NCBI RefSeq assembly: GCF_036321535.1
Contig: NC_087443.1
Coordinates: 60,760,001-60,824,000 of the forward strand
Origin: Camelus dromedarius
Taxonomy: Eukaryota
DNA: 64,000 nt
Reading direction: 5' to 3'
Shown here: positions 37,921-50,454 of the stretch, in pieces
Numbering within the stretch: the first letter of the stretch is position 1
Layout: every line of letters starts with the position of its first letter
The notes under the pieces: generated by a model
Databases searched by the model: none
What the model was told of the DNA's origin: nothing
What the model saw: the letters and a program-made list of their open reading frames with translations, nothing else
Translations under genes and position numbers: made by a program

Positions 37921-38659
37921 CTGAGGGCAGTGCCAGTGGGTGGCTGACAGGCCAGCACTGCCTGGGAGAGGGCATGCCGGGGCACACCAGCTGGCCAGCA
38001 AGGCAGGCTCCGGAGGGCCCCCAGTGCCCCATGCAATTAAACCCCAAAGGGGTGGGGCCAAGCGAGAGCCAGGGGCTGTTGACAGACTGGCAGCAGACAG
38101 AGATGATGCAGCCAGCAGCTGCTGTTTATTTTGGGGCCCGGGAAGAGAAGAAGGACTGGCTAGGACCCACCTCATTCTAACAATAAACTGAACAAGGTAT
38201 AATGAGGAGGGTGCCCCTCTCCCAGCCAAGGCAACAGCCCTGGCCACCTGCTGGGCTTTGCTGAGAGTTGAATGGCCTAGGTGTCAGAAACATCTTGCTA
38301 GACGCTCTAATCTGGCCTCCACCAACAGACACAGTGCTCCCTACCCCATGCCGACACCCTCCCCAGCGCCCTGGGCTGGACTTGTAAATGGCCCAGGAAG
38401 ACAACAGCAAACCCCACCCCCTGCAGTGTCAGGTTCCAGGAACAAATGGTTTTTCCTGTCTCAGGAACAAAGAGGGGCTGCTCCTGCCTGCCACCAGTGG
38501 CTTCGGTTCCCTGACTCTGACGCTTGTTAACTAAGGTCTGCGATGGCCAACCTGGGCTGTGGCAAGGCTGGCTGGCAGGATTCCTGGAAGGCCAGGATGT
38601 CAGACATTTCCAAGAGGACTTTGGAGCCCCAATGCCTAGCTCTGAACCCCAGCCCTGCC

Positions 38660-38825
38660 TCCTCCTGGCTTATCCCTTTGGTAAATTAACCTCTCTGTGT
38701 CTGTTTTCTCATCAATAAAGGACCATAAGAGTGCCTTTCTCATCAGGTTGATGTCAGGATTCAATGAGTGAAGTGCTTAGAAGGGTGGCTGGCACATAAT
38801 TACTGTTGCTAATATTATCACCATC
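38660..38825 (+). mobile_element. MIR
   Basis: ggtaaattaacctctctgtgtctgttttctcatc. Confidence 0.65.
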
Positions 38826-39609
38826 CTCATCATCCGTTAGTCTGGAAGTTTCCTTCTCAGTATGAACCCAGGAAGACAGTTTTCCTGGATTTCACTCACG
38901 GATTTTAAACTCCCAGGCTAGAGGAATTTAGGTGTAGGTGAACTAGAGATATCTGGTTCTTGGGGCTATAATCCCATCTACTCCATGGATGAGGAAGGTT
39001 TTTGTGGACTGGCCTGAGAATCTTACCACTATTCATAGTAGTATCTCGATAGGAATATATATTTTACACTTCAAGTAACCAATTTCCACAATTGTAAGTT
39101 ACAAACTGTGGTTCTTTAAAAAAATATGAATGATGTAAGAGGAAGGGGCTTTAATAAAGTTTTCGTCTACAGATGCACTCCATTGTTCAAGGCCGTACTG
39201 TGGTCCAGACCTTCAGTTGGCGAGGGTAGGGGGTGTTAAAGATGAAAGCCTGTAGGGGCCACTGCCTTTGCAGGAGCTCACCATCCTCCGGCTCCTGGCT
39301 GGAGGAACTGCTTCAGCCTGGTGTCCTGCGCACAGTAGGTGCAAAACTAACATTCAGTTAGTGAAACTCCCTAACACGTGTACTACCTGTGGGGTCCTGG
39401 ACTTCCTATCCAAGACACTGTGGATGGAGGCTGCATTTCCCACAGAGTCTCTTTTAGAAGGTCAGGACCAAAGCCCAAGCAGTCCCCAGAGCAACCTCTC
39501 CAGCAGTGTTTGTCCAGTTTCTGTCTTCAGCAAGTCAAGAGGAGGCTTTGCTACTGTGCAGAGCACACTGGTCAGTGCTGGGAAGGATACAAGGCCCAAT
39601 GTGACCCCA

Positions 39610-40130
39610 TTAGCGGTCTGACCTCACTGCCCACTGCTCTCCCCATCGCTCATGCCATGGGGCCACACCAGCCTTCTGCTCTTTCCTGAAAAGGCCAAGC
39701 AGAGTCCTACCTCAGGGCCTTAGCACTTGCTGTTTCCTCTCCCTCAACCATTTTTGCTCCAAATATCCACTGGCCTCACTCTCTCTCCTCCTTCAGATCT
39801 TACTCAAAAGTCACTATACAGTGAGGCTGTCCCTGACCATGCTCTACAAAATAGCACGGCAAAACCCCCACCACTGCTGCCAGTCCCTGTCTCCCTCATC
39901 TTGCTCAGTTTTCTCTACAGCATGTATCCTCCACCTAGCACACTACACACTTAACCAATTTTGTCTGTTTGTTTATTTCTTCCCTCCCCCTATCAGAATG
40001 TACGCTCCAAAAGGACAGGGATTTTTATCCGCCCTGCTGTGTTCCCAGTACCTGACACGTGGTAAACATTTAATGTTGACTGATTGATTGATTAAATTAA
40101 TACTTGAATGAATGAATAAATGAATATGAA
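39610..40130 (+). mobile_element. L2 3' portion
   Basis: ctacctcagggcctttagcacttgctgtttcctct ... gtacgctccaaaaggacaggg ... ttgaatgaatgaataaatgaa. Confidence 0.85.
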
Positions 40131-40317
40131 TAAGCATCAGATCAAGGTCCATCCCTCAATGGGATTTTTCCATCCATCAGGCATAGTAGACAGAAGTTTG
40201 CCCAAAACTGACCAGCCCAAGGCCATTCTTAGTAAGAGTTACAGGAGAGGAAAAAAACAATAAACATTACAAAAATTCGCAGAAAGGAACCACTGTAAGA
40301 TGAGAAGTCATGGAAGT

Positions 40318-40432
40318 GGGGGGGTGTAGCTCAGTGGCAGAGTGTGTGCTTAGCTGCACGAGGTCCTGGGTTTAGTCTGCAGTACTTCCATTAAAATAAA
40401 TAAATAAATACAAATAAATTCAACAACAACAA
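40318..40432 (+). mobile_element. tRNA-derived SINE, camelid vic-1-like
   Basis: gggggggtgtagctcagtggcagagtgtgtgcttagctgcacgaggtcctgggtttagtctgcagtacttcc followed by an (AAAT)n tail; degenerate 16-bp TSD. Confidence 0.8.
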
Positions 40433-40504
40433 GAAAAGTTGTGAAAGCTTCGGGGAGGTGGCAGAAACTGTGCAAAACCATGCAGGATGACCATAATAAT
40501 GATT

Positions 40505-40690
40505 AAAATAGCTGCCATTTATTGAACAGCTATCATGTGTTAAGCACTATGTAGAGTAACAATTACCTGGGCTAGGTATTATTATTGTTTTTGTTGTTGT
40601 TGTTATTCTCATTTTACAGATTAGACAACTGAGGCCCGTGGAGGTGAAGAAATTTGAACAAGTGAAACAAGCTAGGAAGGCCTTCAGAGC
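40505..40690 (-). mobile_element. MIR with internal (TTG)n
   Basis: atttattgaacagctatcatgtgttaagcact ... ctcattttacagattagacaactgaggccc. Confidence 0.75.
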
Positions 40691-41579
40691 CTGAGCCCTT
40701 GTAGCAGAGGTGTCAGCACCTTGCCCCCATCCTCTTGCCCTCAACTTCCAACTGCTGGCACCTGAGGCTCCCTCTGGGGCTTATTCCAGTTGCCAGAGCC
40801 TAGCTGAGCCTGAGCGAGCAGCAGGCTGAAAGTGCTTGGGAAGTAAACTGCTCCCTGCTCCCAATCACAGCAACAATCCCACCCCCCAGACAGGATGTAG
40901 AGGCCCCAGCAGCAGGAGCTTCTGAAGGGCTGGGCCTTCAAAAGTGGCTCTGGACAAGAGTTCAAGGGGAATAAAAATTTGAATCCCAAAATAGAGGCCA
41001 GACCTTGCTAGGGGTCCATTCTCGATAGCAAGAGGTTTGTTATCTTATCCCAACCACCAGCTCCAACCAAATCATGTGTTAATGGAAGGGCTTGGGGAGG
41101 GAAGGTCAGAGTGGGCAGATGACCGGGGTTTAATCCAGACCCTTGATGTTTTATCAGGGACCCATGTGATGAGCTCCCCAGCCCCCTAGCCTCTTGAGAA
41201 GCTCTCGCGAGACAAAGCCACTATAAAGCTGCAGCGCCCCAGCCTTCCAACAGAAGGCCCACTGTACATACTCCCTTTGGGCTCGCTTCCTTTCTTAAGC
41301 CCAGGGCAGTGCTCTCAGCATTCTATACCCCACAGATCAGGGCCAAGATCCCCATGGGTGTGTGCAGCAGAGGGAGAAACACAGTCGGGGAGACCAGAGT
41401 CAGATGGAGGTTAGAGAGGACAGAGAAAGACCAAGTGCAGCTAGTTTGATGTGTGTGTGGATGCTGCCAGCTGGGAGCAGGGAAAGAAGAGATGTACACT
41501 CAACTTTTGTGGGGGGTGAGTGATCCATCAAATCTGCAGGGAGCACAGTGGGACCATCACAGGTTTTGTGGGTTCTAAC

Positions 41580-41770
41580 TCTGCAGAGATCTGGGTTCAA
41601 ACTCTGGTTCTCACTGTTCACGGCCATGTGATGGATGGCGAGATGCTGCCCCTCTCTGAGCCTCTGCTTCCTCGTCTACACAACTGGAACGATGCTCAGG
41701 GTGGCAGCGGGGATTAAAGAAGGTGGTGGATGAGAAGCCCTAGCACAGTGCCTGCACCTAGAAGGGCTCC
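41580..41770 (+). mobile_element. MIR
   Basis: ctgggttcaaactctggttctcac ... ctctctgagcctctgcttcctcgtctac. Confidence 0.65.
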
Positions 41771-44700
41771 ACTCACAGACTCTCTGACTCAGCTTCCCCA
41801 CTTCCCCTGCCTGGGAGCTGCCACATCCAGCAATCATGGGCAAAATGAGGCTGCTTTTCTCTAGTTGCCAATGAGTGATGACTAAAGTAAATAATTAATC
41901 CCGGCTTGAAACCGAAGTCCAGACATTGTTCTATGCCAGGCCTTAACTCTGTGAGAGAAGGATTAATTTGCCAAGCCACTGGGGCTCAGACCAGCACAGA
42001 TTCCTGGGCAGCCACCTCTGGAAGCCCTGCCCTCGGTGACAAGTGACTGTGCCCCTCCCGGGTGCCAGGCACTGTGCTGGAAGCCCAAGGAATCAACTCT
42101 GGCCCAGAAGGCAGAACTCAGGGAAGAGTTTCACTCTCTCGGAGCCGCACTGCCAGCACCGTGCCCAGCCAGCCTGGCCTCCCTTTCTGTTGTTACAAAG
42201 AGAAATTCTCCCACACAGGCAAGGCCCTTAAAATAGCCCTTTGGGTCTGGGCCATCAGGAAACGGAATAAAGCTGGGTCGGAATGGGGCCTACCATGAAA
42301 GAGCTTACAAAGCAGCCACTTCAAACGGCAGGGACAATCCTTTCGCGCTCAGAATCCTTAGGTGGGCAAAAGTGGCAAGGCAGGCTCTCCCCACAAAGAA
42401 CTCCATTCCCCAGGAGGACAGAACCCTGGGCCGGCAGAAGCCCCGCTACCCTGGGGCAGCCCTGGAGAGGGACCAGGGGTGTGAGGCCCAGCGACAGTGT
42501 GAAACAGGCTCCGCCTGGGGGGAGGGGGCCAAACACATCTGGCTTTGTGCTTGACTAACAATGCGACCTAAACTTTCTCATCCTGTTTCCATATGAGTAA
42601 AATTCATACGTTCAGGGCTGAGTCAGGACCAAAGGTTGTAAGTAAGGGCCTGGCAGCGCCTGGCACAAAACAGGAATTCAATACATGGAAGCTGTATGAT
42701 GATGGCGTCCACGTAATACAGGTCAAGGTCTCCTTTATCACTGAGTGAGAATATTCCTGGAAAAAGGAAAACAGCCAGGGCTCTCTACTGGACACCATGC
42801 AGTGATGAAAGTACAGACTGGCCCAACCCACGCCATCCCTTCTCTCACCTGGGACGCCCTGCAAGTTCACTATCAGCATTGGGCAGCACCCCCACCCCTC
42901 ACTCCCTGGAGTTGCCGTCAGATAAGAGTGATCAATTTCCGCCAGGCCCGAAGTTCACGCTCCAGGGAGCCCAGAGACAGACTGGAGGGCCCCATACGCC
43001 CCACTGCATAATTTACACTGCATTGACACACACAGAGGAAGGGATCCTGTCCCACCTCCACCCTCACCCCTGCCCCCCACCACGCGCCTCCACCCAGGCT
43101 TAGGGAGGGTGGCTTCCTCACCAGGCAAAGGGAAATGACAGCAAAGGGCCAGAGAAAGAGTGGAGGGTCAGAAAGCACAGCTGTTTCCCCTTTGCTAACT
43201 CAGCCCCCTGGATGTCACTTCCTCCCCTCAGGTAACAGCAGGGAGAGGTGGGACTGGAAATCGCTGTCTCTATCTGTCCACATAAACGACAGGCACTTAG
43301 AAAGAAGCTAAGTGTAGTTCCCAGAGGTGGTTTTCTAGAAAACATCTCCACTGAGTGACCCTGAGTGAGCCTAAAGTGATCCTGAGTTGACCTGGCTACA
43401 GGCTTCTTGGGGGAAGTCGTATGGCAGGGAAACCTTGTCTAAAAACTCCCTGGCGTCAGGAAATGCTCCTTTTTATAATGCATCCCCTTTCCAAATGATT
43501 AAGAAACCAGATTGAGGGGTCTAGGACCCTTCCCCAAAGCTATTTCCCCTGGGCTCAGTGTTTTCCAAAGCCGTTATCATATCCACCCCACCTCTGCAAG
43601 GCAGGCCAGAAAGGAAGCAATCAGCCCATATTCTGGATGGGCAAATGGAGAGCTAATGGGGAAGGTGACAGGTGGAAGGTCTCATGTCTTGAGAAGCCAA
43701 CCAGCCAGGCCTCAGGTGGAATCTCCTCGGGGCCCGGTCTCCCCAGGTATGATGTGATCAAGGACTGCACAGCCACTGTGGGGACAGGACCAGCTTTGGA
43801 GACAGCAGGCCTAGGTCACAAAGTAAGAAGCTGCATGATGTTCCACAATTCATTTAAACTCTCTGGGCCTTGGCGTCCTCACGTGCACAGGGTGGATGCC
43901 AGCAGTGACTATACACTTCAGCATGCTGTTTGGAGAGTTTTTGCATAAAACTCTAAGCACATACAAACCTTCAGAAATGTTTGCTGTTGTTTTTATTATT
44001 ACATTTTCCCCAAAGAATCAGGCTTACTGGAGTATCTGGCAGTGGAGTAAGGGGGAAATAAATGAAGAGATAGCTTGAAGCACTGTATTTAAAATGAAAT
44101 CAGTTTCAGAAAGATGTTAAAATAAAAATCAACACCGGTCTAAATGTTTCAGGTAACAGACTTCAGAGACGTCCTGGGCTGTTAGCAAGCTGTTTAATAT
44201 TAGCCCCCAGACCCTTCAAGGACAGAGGTCTCCTCTCTCTTGCCACTGGGGGCTTCAGCAGCAGTGCTGGGGAAGGGGGATGGAAAGGACCGCGCTGTGA
44301 CACACGGCCACTGCCTCAGGCCCTACCAGCCGGGGCCCTCCACCAACGAGGCCCAAAGCAGCTGATGCCTCATTCCTTACTGCTCCCCCCTCCTCCTCCC
44401 CTCTCCTTCCCCAAGACCTCTGGGGTGCAATCAACTTTTATGAGGCAGCCTGACCCCTCCGAGTAAGAGCTATAAACCCAGAGGGGCTGGGCTCCGGCCT
44501 GCCAACTGAAAAGCCCCCAACAAGGACGTGCAGAAACAGTCCCCGTCCTTATGTAGCTGTTTCAGCCACAACCACAAGAACAGCAATAGAGCCAGCTCTG
44601 GGGCCCGCCAGGAGGACCCCATAGTGACATCCAGCTGCCCTTCCCCCGAAATCCTGGGGAGTAACGGAAGGTGCAGGGGTGTCTTCACAATAAACTCTGA

Positions 44701-44989
44701 GTTCCCTAAGTGGGCAAGTGAGGCCACCCTCCTCCTCCTCCTTCTCCCCCACGTGGGGTTTGCCCATGTTTTCCTTCCTCGTTCCACCTCCAGCACCTTT
44801 GCTTTTCCCTTTCTTGGAATGCCCTTCCCCTCTTTTTCCCCTCTAAATCCCACTCTTTCCCATCCAAGTCCTAATTACTCCTCAAGGCCCATCACGAATC
44901 CTGCCTTCGCCAGCCAGTCTTCCCTGAAAACTCCAGTTCACAGAGCGCTCCCTCTCCTGAAGCTTTAGGACGCAACCGTTATTAGAGTA

Positions 44990-45210
44990 AAGGCCTAAGT
45001 TGCGCTTAATACGTACCAGGTACTTTTGTGAGCTCTTTACATTGATTAACTCATTTAATCATCACCACAACCATTTGAGCTAGGTCCTATTTTCTTTTCG
45101 TATTTTTTTTAACAGATGAAGAAACTGAGGCACAGAGAAAAAAGTAACCTGCACCAGGTCCCATGGTAGTGAGTGGCAGAGAGAGGGCTCCAGCCAGGGA
45201 TACCAGAGCC
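44990..45210 (-). mobile_element. MIR
   Basis: taactcatttaatcatcaccacaacc ... ttaacagatgaagaaactgaggcacagaga. Confidence 0.8.
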
Positions 45211-45334
45211 CGGGGTATGTGTGTGTCTCTAACAACACAGCCTTCCAGATACATGTCACCCTCTCAGGAGGTGCTGCGCGGACTCCTTTCTTTTCACGCC
45301 CCTCTCTCACTGACCCAGCTCTAATGGGGAAGAA

Positions 45335-45495
45335 AGCGACAAGCTCACAGTCTCAGGTGTCATAGTCCAGGGTATGAATCCCAGCCTTGCCACAGCACTA
45401 CTCTGAGTGAGAGTCACCTAAACTCTCTGCGCCTCAATGTCCACCTCTGTAAAGTGGGGGTAGAAACACCTACCTACGTCACCTGGCTGTTAGGA
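45335..45495 (+). mobile_element. MIR
   Basis: gggtatgaatcccagccttgccac ... ctctgcgcctcaatgtccacctctgtaaagtgggg. Confidence 0.7.
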
Positions 45496-46542
45496 CACGC
45501 CAATAAAATCCCCTCTGAAAGGTGTCTTCTGCACTTCCTGGTGCGTAGTAGGTACTCATATATTGGCTCTTCCCCTTCCTGCTGCATCTTGACATCTGCG
45601 CTGGACTCTGCTCAGCACTGTTGCTGATGTGACTTGCAGAGGTTCCTCGGGGACATGAGAGGGGCTTTCTTGGGGCTGGCCCTCCCACCCTCCTGCCCTC
45701 ACATCCTGACTCCACTACAGGGAGCAGCAGCCCAGCCCAGGCGAGAAGTCACACTCAGCTCTGGGAATCGCCTCTTGAAACACTGATCACCCTACTGGAC
45801 TCTTCCATTATTTTTGGCAGGGGCCATGGCCAAGAACACCTCTGGCCCTGGCTCAGAACCTATTTCCAAAGCCAGAATCTCCACCTCATTTCCCACACAC
45901 ACCCCTTTGTCCTTCCTGTTCCCTGGATCCCTGTCCTAATCCATGATCCCTTTCCTGGATTCTCAGAACTCCAAAGGAGTAAGCGTGACGATCATATACA
46001 TAACTCCATTATTTGTTTTCTTTTATTTACTAAAGAGGCAGAAGAGAACAGAGTTGCCTGTTAGACATTTTCTGGCCAAGAAATAGTCTGGTCAATGACT
46101 CAGGCTGAGGAAATTAGAAGGCAATTTCCAGGGACTGCTGTGCAAACCCCGAAGTCAGAAGTCCTAACAACACTCCTCTAATTCACAGCCTCCACTGGCC
46201 ATTAACTCATGCTGGCCCCGGAATATCTCTCTGGAAAATGCAGCAGCTGGTGCTTATATTTCTGGAGCTGGAATCGGTCTCCTATGACATCAAATAGGTT
46301 TATTTTTCCCTTCCCTTCGCCTCCCCTCTGCTTGCCACCACACAGAGTGATTCCAGTCCTGATTTGCTCCCCAAAACCCTCACTCGGCTCTAAAGAGGGT
46401 CATGAAAGATGGCTGGCTGGCCCCCCTCCTCCAACAGCCTTGAAGGATGTGGTCGGTTGTTCCATGAGTAGGAATTCTTGTCAGACCTGTGAATCACCCC
46501 TAGATCACTTCCCTCCTTGGAGAAGGAGAAGAAACTGTTCTT

Positions 46543-46590
46543 GTGTGTGTGTGTGAGAGAGAGACACACAGACAGACAGAGACAGAGAGA
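46543..46590. repeat. Compound (TG)n(AG)n(AC/AGAC)n microsatellite
   Basis: tgtgtgtgtgtgtgagagagagacacacagacagacagagacagagaga. Confidence 0.85.
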
Positions 46591-47599
46591 AAGCAAGAAA
46601 GAGTGTTACGCCATGTGCGGCACTGACCTTGGGGCTGGGATCCTATTTGACCTTGCCCCTTCCTGGAGCACTTCTCTACTCCTCTCCCCCAATCCATGTT
46701 CGTTCCCTCCTTCCCAACATACCAGGAAGCCATCGCTAGGTCAGCTCCAGGAAGCCCTCCAGGTCTGAACAGCTGCTCCTTGTTTATCTGGTTCTCTTGT
46801 ATGTTGGGTGTTTTCCATGGGGCATGTAGCCCACTTTCCCATCAGACTGAACAGCTGGGCCTTCCTTTTTGCCTCAGTCTTCCCTTCTTTCACAGCTTCA
46901 CCTAAGGTCCTAAATGCACTCAAAGTGTTTTGGTGATCAGGAGCATGTGATGGAAACTAGTTTATGTGGGGTACCCACGACAGGAGCCAGGTACTAAATG
47001 GAAGCTTTGCCCCAAATTATCTCAGATCAATTTCCCAAAAGCCCCGTGAGGTTATATGTAAGGACCCTGAGACCCAGAGTGGGTGGCCCAAGGTTACACA
47101 CCTAGGATGAGTCAGAGGTGGAATTCAAACCCTGATCTGCCCAACACCCCTCATTCCACAGTAGAATTGGCCTGAGAAGACCCTTTCCACACTGCAAGTG
47201 CACATCCTTCCTCCCATGGGGCTTAAGGAAAAATGAAGCGCAGAGAAATGAATGGGTCTGGGGCCAATTCCTAAAAATGTAGCTCCCAGGACCAAGAACA
47301 AAACCTTTGATGCTCTGAACACACAGGAGAGTGCATTATTTCTACAGGGTGGATCCTTACTTTATCACCTCAAGCATCACTGGGGAGCAAATATCATCTT
47401 GGATTTGTTACACTCCTTCTGCCTCACAGTGACCTCCTCCACTGCCCACCACACACTCACATCCATGGCACAAGGTGTCCCACACAGTGAGCCAGTCCTC
47501 AAATGCCACCCTGCATTGCTCTCTCTCTGTCATGTAAACCTGAGCTTGGGCTCCCCAACCAGACTCCAGGGGAGGAGAAGGGCCCCACTGTACATTCAT

Positions 47600-47825
47600 G
47601 TCTTCCTCAGGAGGTGGAGTGACCTGAATTGACCCAGATCTGCCTTGTACTAACTGGGAGACCCTGAGCAACCTCTCCAAGTCTCAGTTCACCCAACTGC
47701 ATGAAGGAATCAAAGAACCTGTCCCATGTTAGGGTACATGAGGGGACATTCAATAAACTGTAGGAATCACATGAAATCATGCATATTAAGCATTTGGCAC
47801 CGATGGTAACTGCTAACACAGGCTA
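47600..47825 (+). mobile_element. MIR
   Basis: gagcaacctctccaagtctcagttcacc ... cacatgaaatcatgcatattaagcatttggcac. Confidence 0.6.
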
Positions 47826-48894
47826 TTATTTGCACTCCCTGAAGAGTCTTGTAGAGGATCAGAACATTCATGACTGGCATTTGTCTGAAATAAACAATCA
47901 GGAAAGGAAACGACTGTGAAAGCGCAACGCCTCCCAAATCCCAACAAATAATCTCTTGTTTGTTTTAGATGCACGAGCTCCTCCCCACCATCATAGGACT
48001 TGACTTACACCTGTACACGCACATGAGGGCAAAGAATCACGTGAACTGGAACTTACAACCTTATGGAAAGTTTTCAAACGAAGGTATCTGCAGTTGGCAT
48101 CCAGCATCATCAGGACCATTCGAAAGACAAGTGGTTAGAGGCCAAAGCCAGTTTACCTAAGGTCTCCCCAAGGGCAGCACATATAGCTAAGAGAGGAGCC
48201 CAACTCCATGCAGGGAGCCTGGCAGAGAGGAAGGAAGCTGAGGGCTGAAAGCACCTCAAATGACGGGGGTCACTTGCCTGCTTTTCATAAATAGACCAAA
48301 AGCACAAGACCCTCGGTGTCCAGGCAGCTCTCCCTCATCACAGGGACAAGCACACCCTTCACTGGGTGTCCTGAGAAGAACTTTGCAGTGTGTTCCCAGC
48401 ATTCTGGAGCCAGCAGAGCCCCTCCTGCTTGGGCCCCAGGCCTCTCATCAGCTAGCGCCGGCTAACGTGCATGTCCCAAAAGTCTCTCTGCTCTGCAATT
48501 TGCCAAACCGCAGACTCAGAATTCACCATCAGTGGAGGAGAGGCGGGAAGAAGGCAGCCTTCTTTAGTGCAGAGGGCTGTCAGAACATATGCGACTTGAA
48601 CGCAGCCTGTCCTGCCAGCTACCCACACCAGAGTGCCTTGTCCAGAACACCTGACCTGCTGACGTGTGGTGTCCGCCATGCAAAGGCCAAGAGAGGAGGC
48701 GATCCTAAGCTTCAGAGGCACACCCTGCTCCTCCTGCCCTGTTGGCCCCACCGCCACTTTCTATTAAAGGGCCCCTCTCCTTATGTTATGCATTAATGCC
48801 CCAAACATGCAGGAACCTCTTGTTGTCACCAGATATTTGTCTTCCTCATCAATCCCAACCAGACATTTAGGGTCCTTTGATGAACCAAACCCAC

Positions 48895-48995
48895 TCCATG
48901 AGCAGAAGGCCAGTTAGACTCAGGTGCTGAGTCACAAGTGACTTTACCCCATCTGGTTCTCAGTCTCCTCATCTGTAAAGTGAGGGGGTAGAGCC
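48895..48995 (+). mobile_element. MIR fragment
   Basis: ctcagtctcctcatctgtaaagtgaggggg. Confidence 0.6.
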
Positions 48996-49344
48996 ACATG
49001 AGTCCTTGGGTACCTGCCAGCTCCACGATTCCACAATATACAACGTTTTCTCCTTTAACTGTTTTCCCCAACCTGAGTTGGGAGAGCTCTGAATGGCCCC
49101 ATCTGCTCAGTGACATCACTCCCGGCCCCAAACATAATGTCATTGATTCTTACACGGGAAGCCAAGATGTTCTGGAAAACACTGTCCATAAAAAGGGAGG
49201 AAATGATCATTTCAAGGGACTCAGACAGGACTTCTTTTGTATTTTTCACGTAGAACAAGTTATTATCAATCTTAAAACCCCAAATCTTTCTTCCTTCTTT
49301 CCAGACCATTAATAGCTGCTTTTCAAAAATGCTTTCTTAGTCAG

Positions 49345-49590
49345 CATCGCACAGATAATAAGCTACCATTTAATGAGTGCTTGTTACGTGCCAGGAACTG
49401 CGCTAAGTGCTTTGCATGGATGATCTCATTTAATTCTCCGGACAACCCTATAAAGTAGATACTATTATTATCCTCACTTTTAAAATAAGGAAACTGAGGC
49501 CCACGGAGGTTAAAAAACTTGCCCAACGTTGCATAGCTAGTCAGTGGCTTTGAACAAGAGCCTCCAAGTCAGAACCTCAGCACTAACCAC
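49345..49590 (-). mobile_element. MIR (well preserved)
   Basis: catttaatgagtgcttgttacgtgccaggaactgcgctaagtgctttgcatggatgatctcatttaattc ... ggaaactgaggcccacggaggttaa. Confidence 0.9.
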
Positions 49591-50420
49591 CTCTCAACAC
49601 CGTCTGCAGTGGGTCCCCAGGCTTCAGTAACACTCCTGCCTTGTTGCCAGTAAGTGGACATCATTGGTCAAAGCTAAGATTTGTTGTTTCAACTAAAATC
49701 CAGAGTCCACAAAAGCACCTGCCTGGGTCTCAGAGCAGAGAGTGCCATCTGTTGAAAGCAGTACCAACCTTAACTGAAGACTAGGAAAGAACCCCTAAAA
49801 CTTGGCCTGCAACATTTGAGAAAAGAAGTTAGGAAGACGGACTTCATAATAAGTTCTGGGATTTGCAAATGGACATCTGTCCCCAGAGCGGGGTGACCAC
49901 ATGGTGACCCAACTTCTCCAAAAAGAGGTTTCTTGAAACAGTAGGAGAAGACGTTTGCTGAGCCAGATAACACAAAAGGAACAACTCTCCCACCAGCACC
50001 CACCTCTCTGTTGGGTCAGGAGCCAGACTCATTGGTTTACCTCCTCCCCAACCTGAGCCCAGGCCCATTTATTCCACTATAAAGAAACCCAAAGATCAGA
50101 GCTATTGAGGATAAAGATAGAAAGAGTAGCCTGAGGCTGACATTAGCACAAATCCCAGTCCCCTTGCAACAAGGAAATAAAATGCATTTCAGAGATCAAT
50201 GTGCTGTCTACAGCAGCAACCAACAGCCTGTTTTAATTGTTAAAATTAATGCTTTGAGCATACTAAATGCTCCTTTGAGTGCCTAATTTGCAAATAAGAT
50301 GCAGTTCTTTGGCTTTGGATGCCCTGCTGTCTATCTCTTCTATCTCAGGTACAGGACCAAAGCCGCTCAGACTGGCATCGTCAGGCGTCAAGGACACCGT
50401 GTTTACTTCCTAAGGTGGGA

Positions 50421-50454
50421 AGGATGGGAAGACAGGATGGGAAGACAGGATGGG
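50421..50454. repeat. 13-bp tandem repeat, 2.6 copies
   Basis: Unit aggatgggaagac. Confidence 0.9.

Noticed and set aside
40318-40400. tRNA gene (also at 31800-31875)
   Set aside because: Has an A/B-box head but an AT-rich tail, degenerate stems and a TSD, so it is a SINE rather than a tRNA.
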